Part shown: positions 42,281 through 55,240 of the stretch, piece after piece | How positions within the stretch are numbered: the stretch's first letter is position 1 | How the letters are laid out: each line of letters opens with the position of its first letter | Source of the DNA: Camelus dromedarius | Lineage: Eukaryota | NCBI RefSeq assembly: GCF_036321535.1 | Contig: NC_087436.1 | Coordinates: forward strand, 50,966,001 to 51,030,000 | DNA: 64,000 nt | Direction: 5' to 3' | Program-made: the position numbers and the translations under genes | The notes under the pieces: model-generated | What the model was told of the DNA's origin: nothing | What the model saw: the letters and a program-made list of their open reading frames with translations, nothing else | Databases searched by the model: none

Positions 42281-43789
42281 GATTAGCAATGGCAAATACA
42301 AACCTTCTCTCCTACCCAGGCTATTACCTCACTAGTAACCACAATGTATCCATTTATTCCCTGAGCATTTACGAAGCACCTTCTATGCTCCAGGCGCTTC
42401 AGTAGATCAGGGAGTGAAGGGATACATAGCTGAGTGCGAAACAGACTTAACTCTTGTTCTTATGGGAATTAAAGAGTGGAACTGATACTAACCAAATGTC
42501 TCACCAATAAACGTCAATGCTAACTATGAGGCACTTACAAAGGACATATAAAAATAGGGATCTGACCTGGTCGGGAAGTCAGAGAAAGCTTCGTAAGGGA
42601 GTTATGAAGAGTAAGAATATAACACGGGACGGGGTGGGTAGGAGGTGGGGGTTGGGAAGAGCACTCCTGACAGGGAGAAGAGCATGTACCAGGCTCTGTG
42701 GTGGGAGTCCTGCTCAGTATCTCCTCAGTCACCCTGGTCACCACCTCTCAGGGCTTCCTTCAGGTGTTCCTACCACCTGGGGGCATCCCTTCCTCCTCAT
42801 CTCCATCTAGAACCACCCGTTCTTCAAGGGTATGACCTAAATCTGAATCTTCCGCACCACTCTCCTCACCACTCTAGCCCACAAAACTCCACTACTGTCT
42901 TTTTTTGGGGGGAATCTGATAGGAATGGGGCAGGAAAATTATATGCAGTCTATTGCAAGGGTTGTGGTCTTAGCCTCTCTTGCTTGTTAAATTCCCAGAG
43001 TGCATCCATTTATACTTTCTCACTTTCTGTTTTTGTGGAAGGGAAGGGACCACGTTAACTCAGTCTATCTTCACATCAGCCCTGTGGGGTCAGTAGTGCT
43101 ACCCCATTCCACAGCCAAGGGAGCTGGGGTACATTAGGATGAAGTAAACTGTCATCATTCCTGTAATTGGAGTGATTGGGCAGTTCTTGGAACCTGCAGT
43201 CTGTCCACCTCCAAAGTCCATTTCACATCTCTTACACTGGCTACCACCTGGCTTAATCACTTTTTCTTTTGTATATGTCGGGTCTGCCCAGACCTCTCCT
43301 TTCCCTAGCACAGTGTTGGTACATGACAGTTCTTCCTGAATAATCTGTCTGGATTTGTTGGTGTGTGTTGTGGGAAGAAGGTCTCAGAGACAGTTTTGAG
43401 GTGGCGGAAGCGCATCTGTCCTCTTGTGAGAGTCTTCATAAAAATACCATGCCACAGATAGTACTAAACTATGCATTGATTCTTCTTGGTTATGTTGCAA
43501 GTCATATTATAAAATGAAGAAAAAAGAGGAGGGCAAGGGAAAGGGACAGGAAGGAGGGGGGGAAGGAGAAGAGGAGGAGGAAGAGCAGGAGGAGGAAAGA
43601 AAAGAAATTGTTTTCATAATACATTCCCTCTCTGTGATGAAAAATAGTCAGATTTTATTGTTCTTCATTATTTGTTGAGCACCCCGGAAGTACAGAATTA
43701 CCTAATCAAACAAGATAGTTCAGAACCAGGTCTAACAGTTCCTGGCATAGAATAGGAAGATGCTTAGTAAGTCAGTTCCTCCTCCTTAA

Positions 43790-44180
43790 CACAGGGATTT
43801 CAAGTTGATCCAATCTGAGATCAAATCCCAGCCCTTTCTTCTTTCAGCTCTGTGGGTTTACACAAGTTAAACAACCTCTCTGAGCCTCATGCTCCACATC
43901 TACAAAGTGGGCCAGTAACAGGACCTCAGAGGGCTGTTGTGAGAACCACACAGTGTCTGGGACGTGGCAGGTACCATGGAAACCCCAGTTTCTTTCCTTC
44001 TCTTTTATTTATAAAGGGCCTATTCCTTCCCTGGGCTTCCCAATGACCCTGTGAAGTGGACAGACTTAGCACCATCACCCCCAGTTTGCAGATAAGAAAA
44101 CATGGAAGTTCAGACAGATTAACAAGTGACATAACCCAAGATCAAGACCCAGAGTCTTCTGAATGTAAGTGCGTTGTTCT
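43790..44180. mobile_element. Two MIRs in opposite orientation
   Basis: aacctctctgagcctc (+) followed by cccagtttgcagataagaaaac (-). Confidence 0.65.
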
Positions 44181-44929
44181 CATAAACGGGATGACACAGG
44201 TGCATCCTCTGACCCAGTCACTGCTGAGGACGCGGCAGTTCTCCTAGCAGTGCTCCCGGATGTGCGCTGACTCACTCACATTCTTTCACCTTGTGTATTA
44301 CCCTGCCTGTTTGACCAAGGGCACATATGGCTCCGATGTTAGCCTGGGATTAGAAGGGCAAACTGTGCCATGAAACACAACAAAATGGGCAAAGAGGGTT
44401 TCATCAACCATGGAGAGAAGAGGAATAACATCTCTGTCTACATAAAACTGTGCTTTGAAAGTTTGCCTTTTCTCTCATTCTTTGACCTATAGTTTCTTTT
44501 GTTTGTTTTATTTGAATTTTCACTTTCATTACATCAAATATAGCAGCTTATAAATCATACTTCTTTCAGAAAGTCAAGTAACACACTATTGCTAACTTCA
44601 AAAATCACTGGGGACTTGTACCTCGATAGGTGTCATTACCTCATTAATAAATTACGAATAAATCCTTACCCTTTGCATGGCCCAGCTATCCATGGTTACA
44701 AAATAATATGGGAAGAGCAGTCAGTTTGTAACTTATGGATGAATTGTATTACAAATGTTAATTTATAAGCCAGCTTTTTTTTTTTTGGAATCTGAGTTTA
44801 TTCTTAAATAGAAAATAAAATTTAAAATAATGTGATACCATCCCTTTTCTACTTCTCTCACCCTCCTTGCTTGTACTAGGTGCCTTCTTGAATTCTTTTT
44901 TTTTTTGAACAAACCATAAAATAGATAGT

Positions 44930-45750
44930 ATCTAGTAGGACCTTTAAGCTATCCTGAAACTGACCACTTCTCACCATCTCCACTGCCACTCCCTATTTCA
45001 AGCCACTGTGATTCATTTCTGAAGTTTTTGCTCCTATGTTTCTGTGCTTGCCCCATTTCCCCATGGCCTGTTCTCCTGGGGAATCCTGTTCAAGTCAGGT
45101 CATGCCAAACCTTGACACTCCTCTGCTCAAAGTCCTCCAAAAGTGGAAGCTGTTGAAACTGAACGAGTAGTCAAGGGGACTCATCGTAGTATTTTGTGTA
45201 TATGTGATTAACATTTTCCATAGTAAGAAATGAAAAAAGAAAAAAAAAAAACCCCTCCGAACCTGCTAATGGCTTTCCATCTTGAAAGCCAAAGTCTCTA
45301 CGACAGCACACAGGCCCTGAGTGGTCTGACTCCTGCTTCCTCTTGGATCTTGTTTTTCACTACTTGCAGGCCTCCGTGCCAGCTCAGCTCCCACCTGAGA
45401 GCTTCTGCACCTGCTGTGGCCTCTGCCTAGGACACTCTTTGCCTGGATGCCTGCATGTTCTCATGCTTTCCTTCAGGAGTTGCAGAAATGCCGTTCTGTC
45501 AGGGAAGCCTCCATGGGCCACCCCTACCCCTGCGTTCCTTGCTCCTTCCTCCGACTCTCCTCCCCGCATTAACTTTCACGTAGTAGACTACACATCTTAC
45601 TTACTTTGATTATTGCCTTCCTTTCCTTTTGGAACAAAGGCTCTGTAACAGTGGGGACGATGATTTCTTCCCTACTATGTCCCCAGTGCCTACAGTGATG
45701 TTTGCTACGTTGTGATCATTCGATAATTCTTCAGTGAATGCATGATTAAA
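44930..45750. mobile_element. L2 fragments interrupted by an L1 scrap
   Basis: ccacttctcaccatctccactgccac; cactcctctgctcaaa; tccccagtgcct. Confidence 0.65.
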
Positions 45751-46444
45751 TGAGATGATTAAAATGTTATCTCTGGAAGACGATTTATTAAGATACAAAG
45801 AGTTGTGTCAGGTAGAGAGTGGAAATTAGGAAACTATATTCTCTCTTTCCTTATTTTGTCTTTTTCAAAAAAAAAAAAAAAAGGCTAGTTCCAAGTGTAG
45901 CCTCTCAACAAGCTATTTAAATTAGAACGTGATTATTCACAGCAGAGCAGAACATTAGCCTAGGCTGATAGAAGGAGGGTGTCTGGATGCGGGCTCTGGA
46001 CCTACAGGATAGTCAGAGGAATCTTACTGCTGAGGGGCAGGAATTTGGGCAGCTGTGGGGACATGACGGGCAGGTGACTCTTAAATCATCTCCTTTGGAA
46101 AACCAAGGTAGCAGTGCTCCTCTTAAAGTCCCAGACACCCCCTCGGACTCCCGTCCTCCCACACTGACTGTTGCTGCCCATAAGGCATTCTCCCACTGTA
46201 CTGCAGAGCCTAAGCACCTGACTCCTACATTTTCTCTATTCCTTGCCTTATTATCGCCCTCAGGGACCCAGAATTCACATTTCTGGTTCACCTCAATTTC
46301 ACAGTCACGTCCTTCTCAAATGAGAGGGCCCTTCTTTGATGTCAGTCTGGTGACTGTCAAGAATAACCACTGCACAGGACCTTATCAACATGCAGTGCAG
46401 GGCTACATCTCCAAGATCTCAAGCCAGTGGGCTCCCTTTCAATA

Positions 46445-46670
46445 AAGAGCACAGGCCTGGAGTCAGATGGACCTGGCTCTGAAGCTCGTCTCCTCCCACC
46501 ACCTGCGGGGCCATCTTGGGCAAGTGACTTAGCCTTTGTGACGTGTCTTCTTACCTGTAAAATGTGAATACAGATACATCATGTCTGAATTTTCACAAGG
46601 AGTAAAGGAGGTATTTTTTAATCTCTAATACAGTTCTTGATTCATAGCAGGTGCAGAATAAATGACAGTG
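46445..46670 (+). mobile_element. MIR SINE
   Basis: ctggagtcagatggacctgg...ttgggcaagtgacttagcc...ctgtaaaatg. Confidence 0.75.
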
Positions 46671-47499
46671 ATTCGGCTTTGTTTCTTCACACCTTAAGTA
46701 GATAGCTGACACTGAGATTTCTTCTGATTTTTTGAGAAGGTGGAAACCATTGCGTGTCAGGCTCTGCAACCTCCCTTCTCCTCACTGTTACCCAGGCTCA
46801 AAACGTCCTTATTACTTCACATGTCCTCTCCTAATTCAGAGAAATGCAGGTTTGTTCCCTTTTCTAGGGCTAACCACTATGTTTCCACCTTTAATGCCAC
46901 ACTTACTCCAGACCTCCTCGAGTTACTCTCCTCCCTCCCTCTGTGAAGAACCCTTCCCCTCAGCCCACAAAACATGCACACTCCTCTCTCTTATTCTAAA
47001 AACTCCTTTCCTGACAATGATGATGACAACTGTTCAGGTTAGCATTTACTGAAATCTATGGGACAGGCACCACACCAAGAAATACAGGACTACAAAACCA
47101 CTGTTTCATTTGATGGTCTCCATACTCAACAAGAAAGGTTCTTAAAAGGTACTTATACCTGCTTGAGTGCCATTCTGTTTTTCCTTACCAAGTATGCAAG
47201 AAAAGCTCTAATCACTAATGCTGAAATTCCAACTTAATCTGGAGCCCTCCACAAATTAACTAATCCCCCTGCTCCCCAAATTAAAAAGTTCTTAAAGATT
47301 ATGATGGACTCCATGTTTCCAAACCCACTAACCACTGTGCCAGAGATTAGTCTTTGGTCCTTTTCCAGTCTTTACCATAATCACTCTCTGATACTCTTAT
47401 GGAGTCTCCTGGATTTAATTTTCTGCTCCATGCAGATGACTCCTCAATTTAAATTTCATGTACTTACCTTTCGCTTCTTCCTGTCCATAACTTATAACT

Positions 47500-48475
47500 C
47501 GATTTGCCCGTGACTGAACAAACGGCCCTCCTCCTGAAACCTGCTCCACCTCCTACTAAATGAAACCACCACCTTCTAAGCAACTGCACCGAAATCCTCC
47601 CATCATCTTGGGTTCCTCTGTTGTCGTCTACATTTAATCAGTGGCCAAATTTCAGCCAGGTGCCCCCCCCAATCCCCCCAATCTCTGGCACTTATCCCTT
47701 TCCTCTATTCTCACTGCCCTTGTGCATCTATCTCAGCCTACATTTTGAGTTTAACTCACAACGAATCACTGCAATTTTCCCAGCTTGTGTTCCTGTGCTT
47801 TTCCTTCCCAGCCCCTAGGCAGCTTGCTACCAGATTTCTATTCCTAAAGCACCATGCTGATATAGCATATCATTCCTACATTAAAATTTATACAGTCTAC
47901 CCATTTTCTACAAAACGTGGTCTAAATTCTTGAGCTTTGTACAATTTGGCCCTATCACACCCCTCTAGTCTCATTCCCATCTTTCCCTTCCATGTACTCT
48001 TCATTCCAGCAGAATTATTCACTATTTCCATTCAACCTCAGAGATTTCTAATTTTGAGCCTTTGCTGCTGATTTTTCTGCTTGTGCTATTTTTTCTAGTT
48101 AGACCTACGCTGCCAATTTCTACCTTTTGCTCAAGAGCCGGCCCCCAACGCCACCTCTGCCTTGAAGTCTTCTCTGACCACCCCAACTTGCTGGCTCTTT
48201 TAAGTTTATCTTTCCCTTAGGGCCATTAGATCATTCACTCTTTCATTTAAAAATAATGTTACTTTATTTAGCAGTTCCTATGTGGCAGCTGCAGTTCTGG
48301 TTCTGTGGTAGTGAATGAAACAAACAACACGATCACACTTAAGATATTTAAGGACGTATCATAGTTCCCCTATTAAACTGACTGGTCTTTGAGGACCAGC
48401 GCACTATCCAATTCTTCCATTTTCTCAGCCCCCAGAATCCGTACTATTTAATCAATGTTTGTTCAACAAACTAAC
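47500..48475. mobile_element. L2 fragments
   Basis: aaacctgctccacctcc...; gccttgaagtcttctctgaccacccc. Confidence 0.55.
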
Positions 48476-49029
48476 GGCTCAGTAACTCGCTGGCTCCAGG
48501 CTACACCGAGGAAACAGGGAGCAGCCGAGTGGTCAGCAGCTCCCAGGCAGTACTAACAAAGGGCGCAGACAGCAGGGCTCACCAGGCCACTCGCCGTCAG
48601 GTCTGCCGAGGGATTACAGCCACAGGACAGGGTTCATCTCTCTACCATTGCTATGAGGGACGACTCTGAGAAGGTTTTGGAAAGTTCTAGCAAAGGGTGA
48701 GAGCGTGAAGCCAATTCACTTGAAAAATCCTGCTAACTCCTTGGCTTGCATCATACTCAGGAGCTCCTCCGAACCCTGGCGCTGTGTTTATTTCTAAGAG
48801 GATTATTTTTTGAAGCACTTGCACTCCCTTAGGCTTTTCCACGGAGAAAAAGAACTACCATTTACAGACAGATTGGCTGTGAAGGCGCTAAAACATCTTT
48901 AATTTTTATAAACTTAGTTCTCAGGGAGAACTTAGCCCTGACCATACAATTTCCCAGTGATGCTAGGGCTTGGCCAAGGTGGCAGGATGGGCAGAAGACA
49001 GTCATCAGGGGTTGGTTCCAGGTAAAACA

Positions 49030-49240
49030 GAAGCGAGCCCAGGAGGCGGAGAAGCGCTCCCTCGGCCGCGGGCCCCGTGTAATCTGGTGGCTGATCTCGC
49101 TTCATCACCCAGCCCGCCTCCGCCAGGGCAGCCGCGCGCCGAGGGCTTTCCCCAGCAGCATCCCAGGGACACGCGGGCCCCCTCCCACCTGAAAACAGGT
49201 CTAACTCTGCAGCAGCAGTTTGCACCTCTGAGTCACTGAA
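49030..49240. promoter_or_regulatory. CpG-rich patch in intron 5, candidate enhancer
   Basis: Local CpG cluster; GGGCTTTCCCC at 49143; AP-1 TGAGTCA at 49229-49235. Confidence 0.45.
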
Positions 49241-51439
49241 AAATATCCCAGGAGTGTGAAATCAAGACACTTTAACCTACCCCAAGTTGTGACTTATTTA
49301 CAAGTGTGATTCCAGGCTTGGAGAAAACAACGGGGATGACAGCACCGTTTATAAGGATTTACATAAATTGTTCTTAATATAAATGCCTCAAGATGCTTAA
49401 ATTTGTAGAAGAATGTTCTCCTGAAGTCTACACATTTTCAGACAAAAATATGTGGGTTAATTTTTAGTGCTGATTTTTACTGCTCCAGTAAGTGGCCAGA
49501 GGTCTAGCAGCCAGCTACTGCTATGATCTCATGTTAGTCCCCTAACCTCTCTGGACTTCCGAATTCTTCCTATGTAGAGTCACTAGAGAACATCTCATAC
49601 ATCTTCCAGCTCTAAAATTCTATGATTCCTAGTTTTATACATATGTATAGGAAAACACAGGACAACACCTTAAGATCACAATTTTCAAACTGAAAAAAAT
49701 CTTTAAATCACAGAATTTCTGAGTTGGAAGGAAACTAACAGGTAAACTCAATTTTAAAATTGTGAACATTTTAAAATACATTTAACACAATTACAAACTG
49801 AGAAAACATACAATCAACACTCAAATTACCTGTTGCAATGGGGCCTCTGATAGCATGGAAAATCAAAATTTAGAGACAAAGAAAAACCTTTATGTTAGGC
49901 AAAGATTTTAACTTTTGTCATTAAAACTGAAATTGAGTAACCAAAGTGTTTATTTTCAGTAAATCCAAGGAGGGCCCTGCCCTGGGTGGTTAAGTCTGAT
50001 AATAATAAAGAACCCACTTTTCTGGGGATACGTCAAGAACACTTCAGTTACACAAGCAGGAGGGTAGGGGAGAAACACACAAGCAAAACAAAGACAGAAT
50101 GAGAAATTCTAATCTACAATGTTTTTTTAAATTCTTACAAACTACATAAAATAACTAGAAGGATTAGGTCACATAAGGTATGATTGATGTATGTCAAAAT
50201 AAAAATTTTAGGTTTCAGATTTATTTATTCTTTGAAAATAGAAATTTATTAATATAAGTTTTTAACATTCTTTTAAAATAGTTTTAAGGTCTCTCAACAC
50301 TTTTTTATGTAAACCTAATTTGAGAAAATTAAGAGTATCTTATGACTCTGTAATATTCAAGTTTACTTGGGATTAAATATCAATGATTTCTTTCTGTAAA
50401 GGCATACAATCATCCTCATGATATATTTTCTTGCTTAGAAAACCTCTTCTATTACCTTCACTGAAATCCACTGGTTAGAGAAGTAACTAAATAATATGGC
50501 TCTTAATGACTGAAAGTACTTAGAGATATTCATTTAACATAGAAGTTAATTTGTACTACAGTAAATACAGCTGCCTGTACAAGAATGTGGACCACTTTGG
50601 GAAGAAGACAATTAATTGTTCCCTTCTTCAGGAGGAAAGTACATAAGATAAAGCATTTCAACTATTCTTCTGTGATTTCCTGTGGAAAACCCCTACTAAA
50701 TTAGGAGAATTACAAGTGAATAGAAATGGGAAATTTTCTTTGTCTGATTTCTTGTTGCCACTTTATTGGTTAATTTACATCCCAGATACTGATAGGGCAA
50801 AAGAGAAAACACGATCTAAGTGTCAGACTGAGGTTAACCAACATGTTGTACCATCCACATACTATGATGTAAGCAAAAGGAGGAAGGGAGAAACACCAAA
50901 ATTTCTAACAAGCTCTAGGATAACATCAGCCAGTAATTTGGAAACATGGTAGAACTTTAAACCTGCAAAAGCCCCTTCAACATGAAAACTGTGTATTGTT
51001 CAGCTTCTACAGACTAAAACACAAAGTAAATGAAATAAATAGTACACTTTGATGCTCTGCAAGCTATAAATTTCTATTATTTGGGGGATTTGCCAGAAAA
51101 TTGTAACTCTCTATACCCAAATCTTGGTTTTTCCCTTATTACGAACTTACAACGTATTAAGTAAAAAAATCTTTTTAAAGGCATAGAAAAATGAAATTTA
51201 CTGATCATAAGGGATCTTAACACAAGTTTGCTTCCCTGCCCTGTAGTCTTCCAGTGTATTTTTGAACTAGTCCAGTGACCATGAACTCCCCGTTTCCTTC
51301 TTCAGAAAGGAAAGTATATAAGGAACTTCCTGAGGCTATACATTCCACCCTCAGGCAGCTCTGACTCTGCGTGACGGAAACCCCTCTCTCCTGGGGTCTC
51401 CACTCAGTGCTTTTTATTTCCTTCTCCTATGATGGACAG

Positions 51440-52060
51440 GACACATCTCATCCTTCTTTCCCATGACAGCCATCCAAATATTTGAAGACAACCAAATTCT
51501 CCAGGCTATAAATATTCCCAAGCTCAATGACTACTTCCCCTTGAGGAATGTCTGAGTTCTGCCATCATTCTGCTCGGAACACACTCAAGTTGGTTTCCAT
51601 TTCTCTACAAAAATGGTGCTCAGCAGTGTACACAGTTATCCCGGTGTGGCCTTCCAAACCCGAGCAGGGGAGAGACCACTGCCTGGTTTTGCACGCTATA
51701 CTGCTGTTAGTACAGCCTCGTGGAGAACTACTTGTCTGGCTGCCACATCACATTGCTGGCTCATGTTGAGCCCATTATTACCTGAAACTTCTAGATCTCT
51801 TTTCATGAATATCCCTCTCACCCTGCAGTTGTAGTAATTTGTTTTCTGGATGCATTCAACTTTTTAAAATATCATTGCTTAAGAATTTAGCCCTTTGCCC
51901 CAGCTTTTCAAAATTCACGTGAACTCAGATTATGTGTTATCTATCACCTCATGTCACTGCAAATTTAATAAAGCCTCCACTGAAGACACTGATAAAATAT
52001 ATTGAAGTGGCTACGGAAGGATCCCTGGGGCTGGAAATATCCCTCCAGGTTGACATCACC
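51440..52060. mobile_element. CR1/L3 ancient LINE
   Basis: aatatttgaagaca...ttctccaggcta...tggctgccacatcacattgctggctcatgttgagc; gtcactgcaaatttaataa. Confidence 0.75.
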
Positions 52061-52335
52061 AGCATAAAAAAATACTATTAACTGTTGAAGTACCAAACCA
52101 GAGAGCTCCAACATCTCAGTGTTTCACCATCTTAGAAACCCTGCCAAGGAAGAGAGTGAAATATGTTTGGTGTGATCTGTTCTTACTAAGGTGCCTGAGA
52201 TGGATACACAGCTCTCCAGTCTCTGGTTTGGAAATCCACTTTTGAAATGACATGAGCATCCTGTCACAAGTAGAGGGGTGGGGTCTATCCAGCCTGGAGG
52301 TAATCTCAAGTAAGGGTGCATTTTCCCTTGGCCCT

Positions 52336-52372
52336 ACACACACACACACACACACACACGCACGCACGCACG
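52336..52372. repeat. (CA)n(CACG)n microsatellite
   Basis: Seen directly. Confidence 0.9.
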
Positions 52373-52710
52373 CTGCAGAGCATCCTGAAGAGGCATTCCT
52401 CCAGCAAATCCTGGATAGTAGCCCTATCATCATCCTGGATGTGCTGTTTCCTGGCTGTTCCATGTAACCCCGAGGGCAGAGATGATCACATTCATGTGTG
52501 TGACCACAGAGCTCAGCATGGTGCCTGCATGTGGCATGCACTGGATAAACATGTGCTACTGAACGTGAGGCGGGGAGGAAGGCCAAGAAGGCTCTGAAAC
52601 CTGCATATGGAGACCTCGGCTTATGTGGATTCAGGTTTCTGAACTAACAGTCCAGAACACAATTTAATCAAGGCTCTGACTGATCCCTTTTATGTCTATG
52701 TTACTATTTT

Positions 52711-52783
52711 ATTTATTTATTTATTTGTGTGTTTTCAATTGAAGTATAGTCAGTTTACAATGCTGTGTTCATTTCTGGTGTTC
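52711..52783 (-). mobile_element. Very short young L1 tail
   Basis: aattgaagtatagtcagtttacaatg matches the end of the 30696-30947 element; TSD tgtta(c/g)tatttt at 52699-52710 and 52784-52795. Confidence 0.75.
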
Positions 52784-52849
52784 TGTTAGTATTTTAAAAA
52801 GTGATAAAACAATTCAACTTTATAATGACTTCTAAAGGGTCTAAATCGT

Positions 52850-53820
52850 ATGTAAATGAAAAAATGTGAGATTAATAAATACCGATGTTCAAAAAATAAA
52901 ATTAAATCAGTAAGGATGGGAAATCCCTGAAACTGAATACAAACAAACAAAAAAATTTGACTAACTCTGTCCTAACTAACAGTACTGTAACCACATAGAA
53001 GAAAAAAAAATTATTCCAAGAATCTTTTCAACACATTACTCCGACTGAATGTTCTGTCTTGAATATATTTGAAAGTCAGAAGAACTGCAAAGAGATTTTC
53101 ACTGTAGTTACTAAGTTCATAGCTAGTATTGATATTGGCATAGCAATTCTGAAGCTGTTCTATACGTTCCAAAGGACTGAGCGAAATAAGTGAGTATACT
53201 AACACCGTTGGCCACTAGGGCGCTCACTGTTGGCGAAAGGCAATACAAACATGGCATAGAGGAAGAACGGAGGAAGCCTGTGATGTTGGACTGGAATTAA
53301 AGGTATCAGTATGAATTCAAGGGTTTTTTTCTTAAAAAAAATCAGTTTTCTAGCTCTGTCTAATGAAAGAGACTGGAAGAAATTTCTCCAATAAAAGTAG
53401 CCAGGGCTTCTTGGAGAGATGGATGATTATAGGACTGGGGCAGGGAAAGTACAGCGTAAACCTAGAGTATCGTATTATTTCAGCTGTAAGGAGGTGTTCA
53501 AAATCAAGGGGGGACATGTCAAAAGGACACAGGAGCTAACACAAAAGACTCCTACTGGCCCAGACAATTTAAACATCAAAATACATAATGACAGGAATGG
53601 CTTATAAGCCACTGAAAAACAAAATAATCCGTGAGTACATACTGACACTTAAAAAAAAAAGAGGTTTCAAAGGAACGTGAAGAGAAAGTGCTTTTTTAAA
53701 ACAGAATTTCAACTAACAAAAATAAAAGGAGTGATGAAATCGAAAATCACAACTCATAAATCATCAATTACTGATAATAGTTGACTCTGGAAAGAATCAT
53801 TCATGGATGCTAAAACCATT
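52850..53820 (+). mobile_element. Old L1 (L1MC-type) 3' region
   Basis: ctagctctgtc...agggcttcttggagagatggatgatt..aggactggggcagggaaagtaca...gggggacatgtcaaaaggacacaggagc. Confidence 0.75.
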
Positions 53821-53829
53821 GGAAAAAGA

Positions 53830-54230
53830 TGCTAAGGATGGTGGCTTGTACCAGTGTGGCAGCAGTGGAAGTCGTGACAAGTGATTAGATTATGCATATG
53901 TTTTGAAGGTACAGCCAACAGGATTACCCGATGGGTTAGATGCGGGGTGTGAGAAGAAGACAGTAGCTGAGGGTAACTCCAGAATTTTCTGACCTGAGCA
54001 ACCAGGAGGATGGAGCTGCCATTTTCTGAGGAGGGAAATACATTAGGAGGAGGAGGCTGGTGGGGAAGAATCGGAATTCAGTTTTGGACACCTTAAGTCT
54101 ACCAGACATCCAAATGATGTCAACAAGCAGCTGAGCCTGGAGCCTGGATTCCAGAATAGAAGTCTAGGCTAGAGAAAAGAATTTAGAATCATCAGCACAT
54201 CTGTGTTATGAAAAGCTGTAAGAGGGAGGA
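53830..54230. mobile_element. L2 fragment
   Basis: ttttgaaggtacagccaacagga...gacctgagcaaccaggaggatggagctgccatt...ttcagttttggaca. Confidence 0.8.
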
Positions 54231-55044
54231 AATGGAGAAAGAGAAACTGCTCTTGCTCAAGTTTTAACTGAACACTCTTTAACGAAACAAGTTAACTTTC
54301 TATTTAAGTTTTCTATCTCTAGTTAAGCTTCTAACTGGTGAGCAACAATTGAACACCCAAAGAATGAAAAAGAATTTAGCTTAATTCAGCAAACAGTTGT
54401 ACATCTCTCAGCAGGAGACTCTATCATGAAGAATATGACATGGTGCTTGCCCTCAAGAAATAAAGTCTAGAGATGGGGAGACAGGCATATAAGCGAGTAA
54501 CTGAAGCAGTATGAGGAGCAGTAACAGAGATAATGCAAAGATTTCATGGGCTGGTAAGGAGGTACCGTAAGAAGTCAACTAACTCAGAGAAATGAGGGCA
54601 AATCAGTGCAGACTTTCCAAAAGGAGCTGTTATGCTGAAAAATATGTCAGTAAAAATAAAAAAGAAAAATACGTCAGGAAACTATGTAGGAAATAAATTA
54701 TACAAGGAGATGAGATGATATTCCAAAGAGCTAAAAATAAATTCAGGATAAAACCTCCCCACTATTCAGAAAGAACATTTATAGAAAAAATAAACTTCAT
54801 GGCTATTAAAAGGCAACTTAATGACAAATACATTTAAAAAATATAAAGATTTCAGTGTGAGGGAGAAATCAGGATCAAGGAGGATTATCAGGGTAGGTGT
54901 TTTGAGCTTGTCTTTGACAGATGAAAGGAAAGTGGATTCAGAGGCTATAAAAGATGGTTTACGTACAAAAGCAGCAATGAGAAGTTGCACTTGATCAATG
55001 GAATGCCTTACAAAGAGTAAAGGAGATACCCAAAGCTGCTATTC

Positions 55045-55240
55045 ACAGAGCACTTACCACCTGTTGGGCCCTGCTTTATATATATATGAACTCATTTTAA
55101 TCTTCTCAACAACGCTGTGTCTTTTGTAGATGCACAGAGAGGTTAACCAACTTGTCCAAGGTTAAACTACCACTAAGGGGGAGGGTGGGACTTGAACGCA
55201 GGGCAGCGTGCTCTGGAGTCTGCTACTAATCATTCTGCTT
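55045..55240 (-). mobile_element. MIR SINE
   Basis: gcacagagaggttaaccaacttgtccaaggt...gggacttgaac. Confidence 0.7.

Noticed and set aside
43790..44180. Inverted MIR pair as a dsRNA hairpin
   Set aside because: The copies look too diverged for stable pairing.
52116..52597. Overlapping ORFs of up to 156 aa
   Set aside because: They run through a (CA)n microsatellite (CVCVCV/THTHTH) and are spurious.
52918..52927. kB consensus GGGAAATCCC
   Set aside because: Isolated hit in an old L1 region; within chance expectation.
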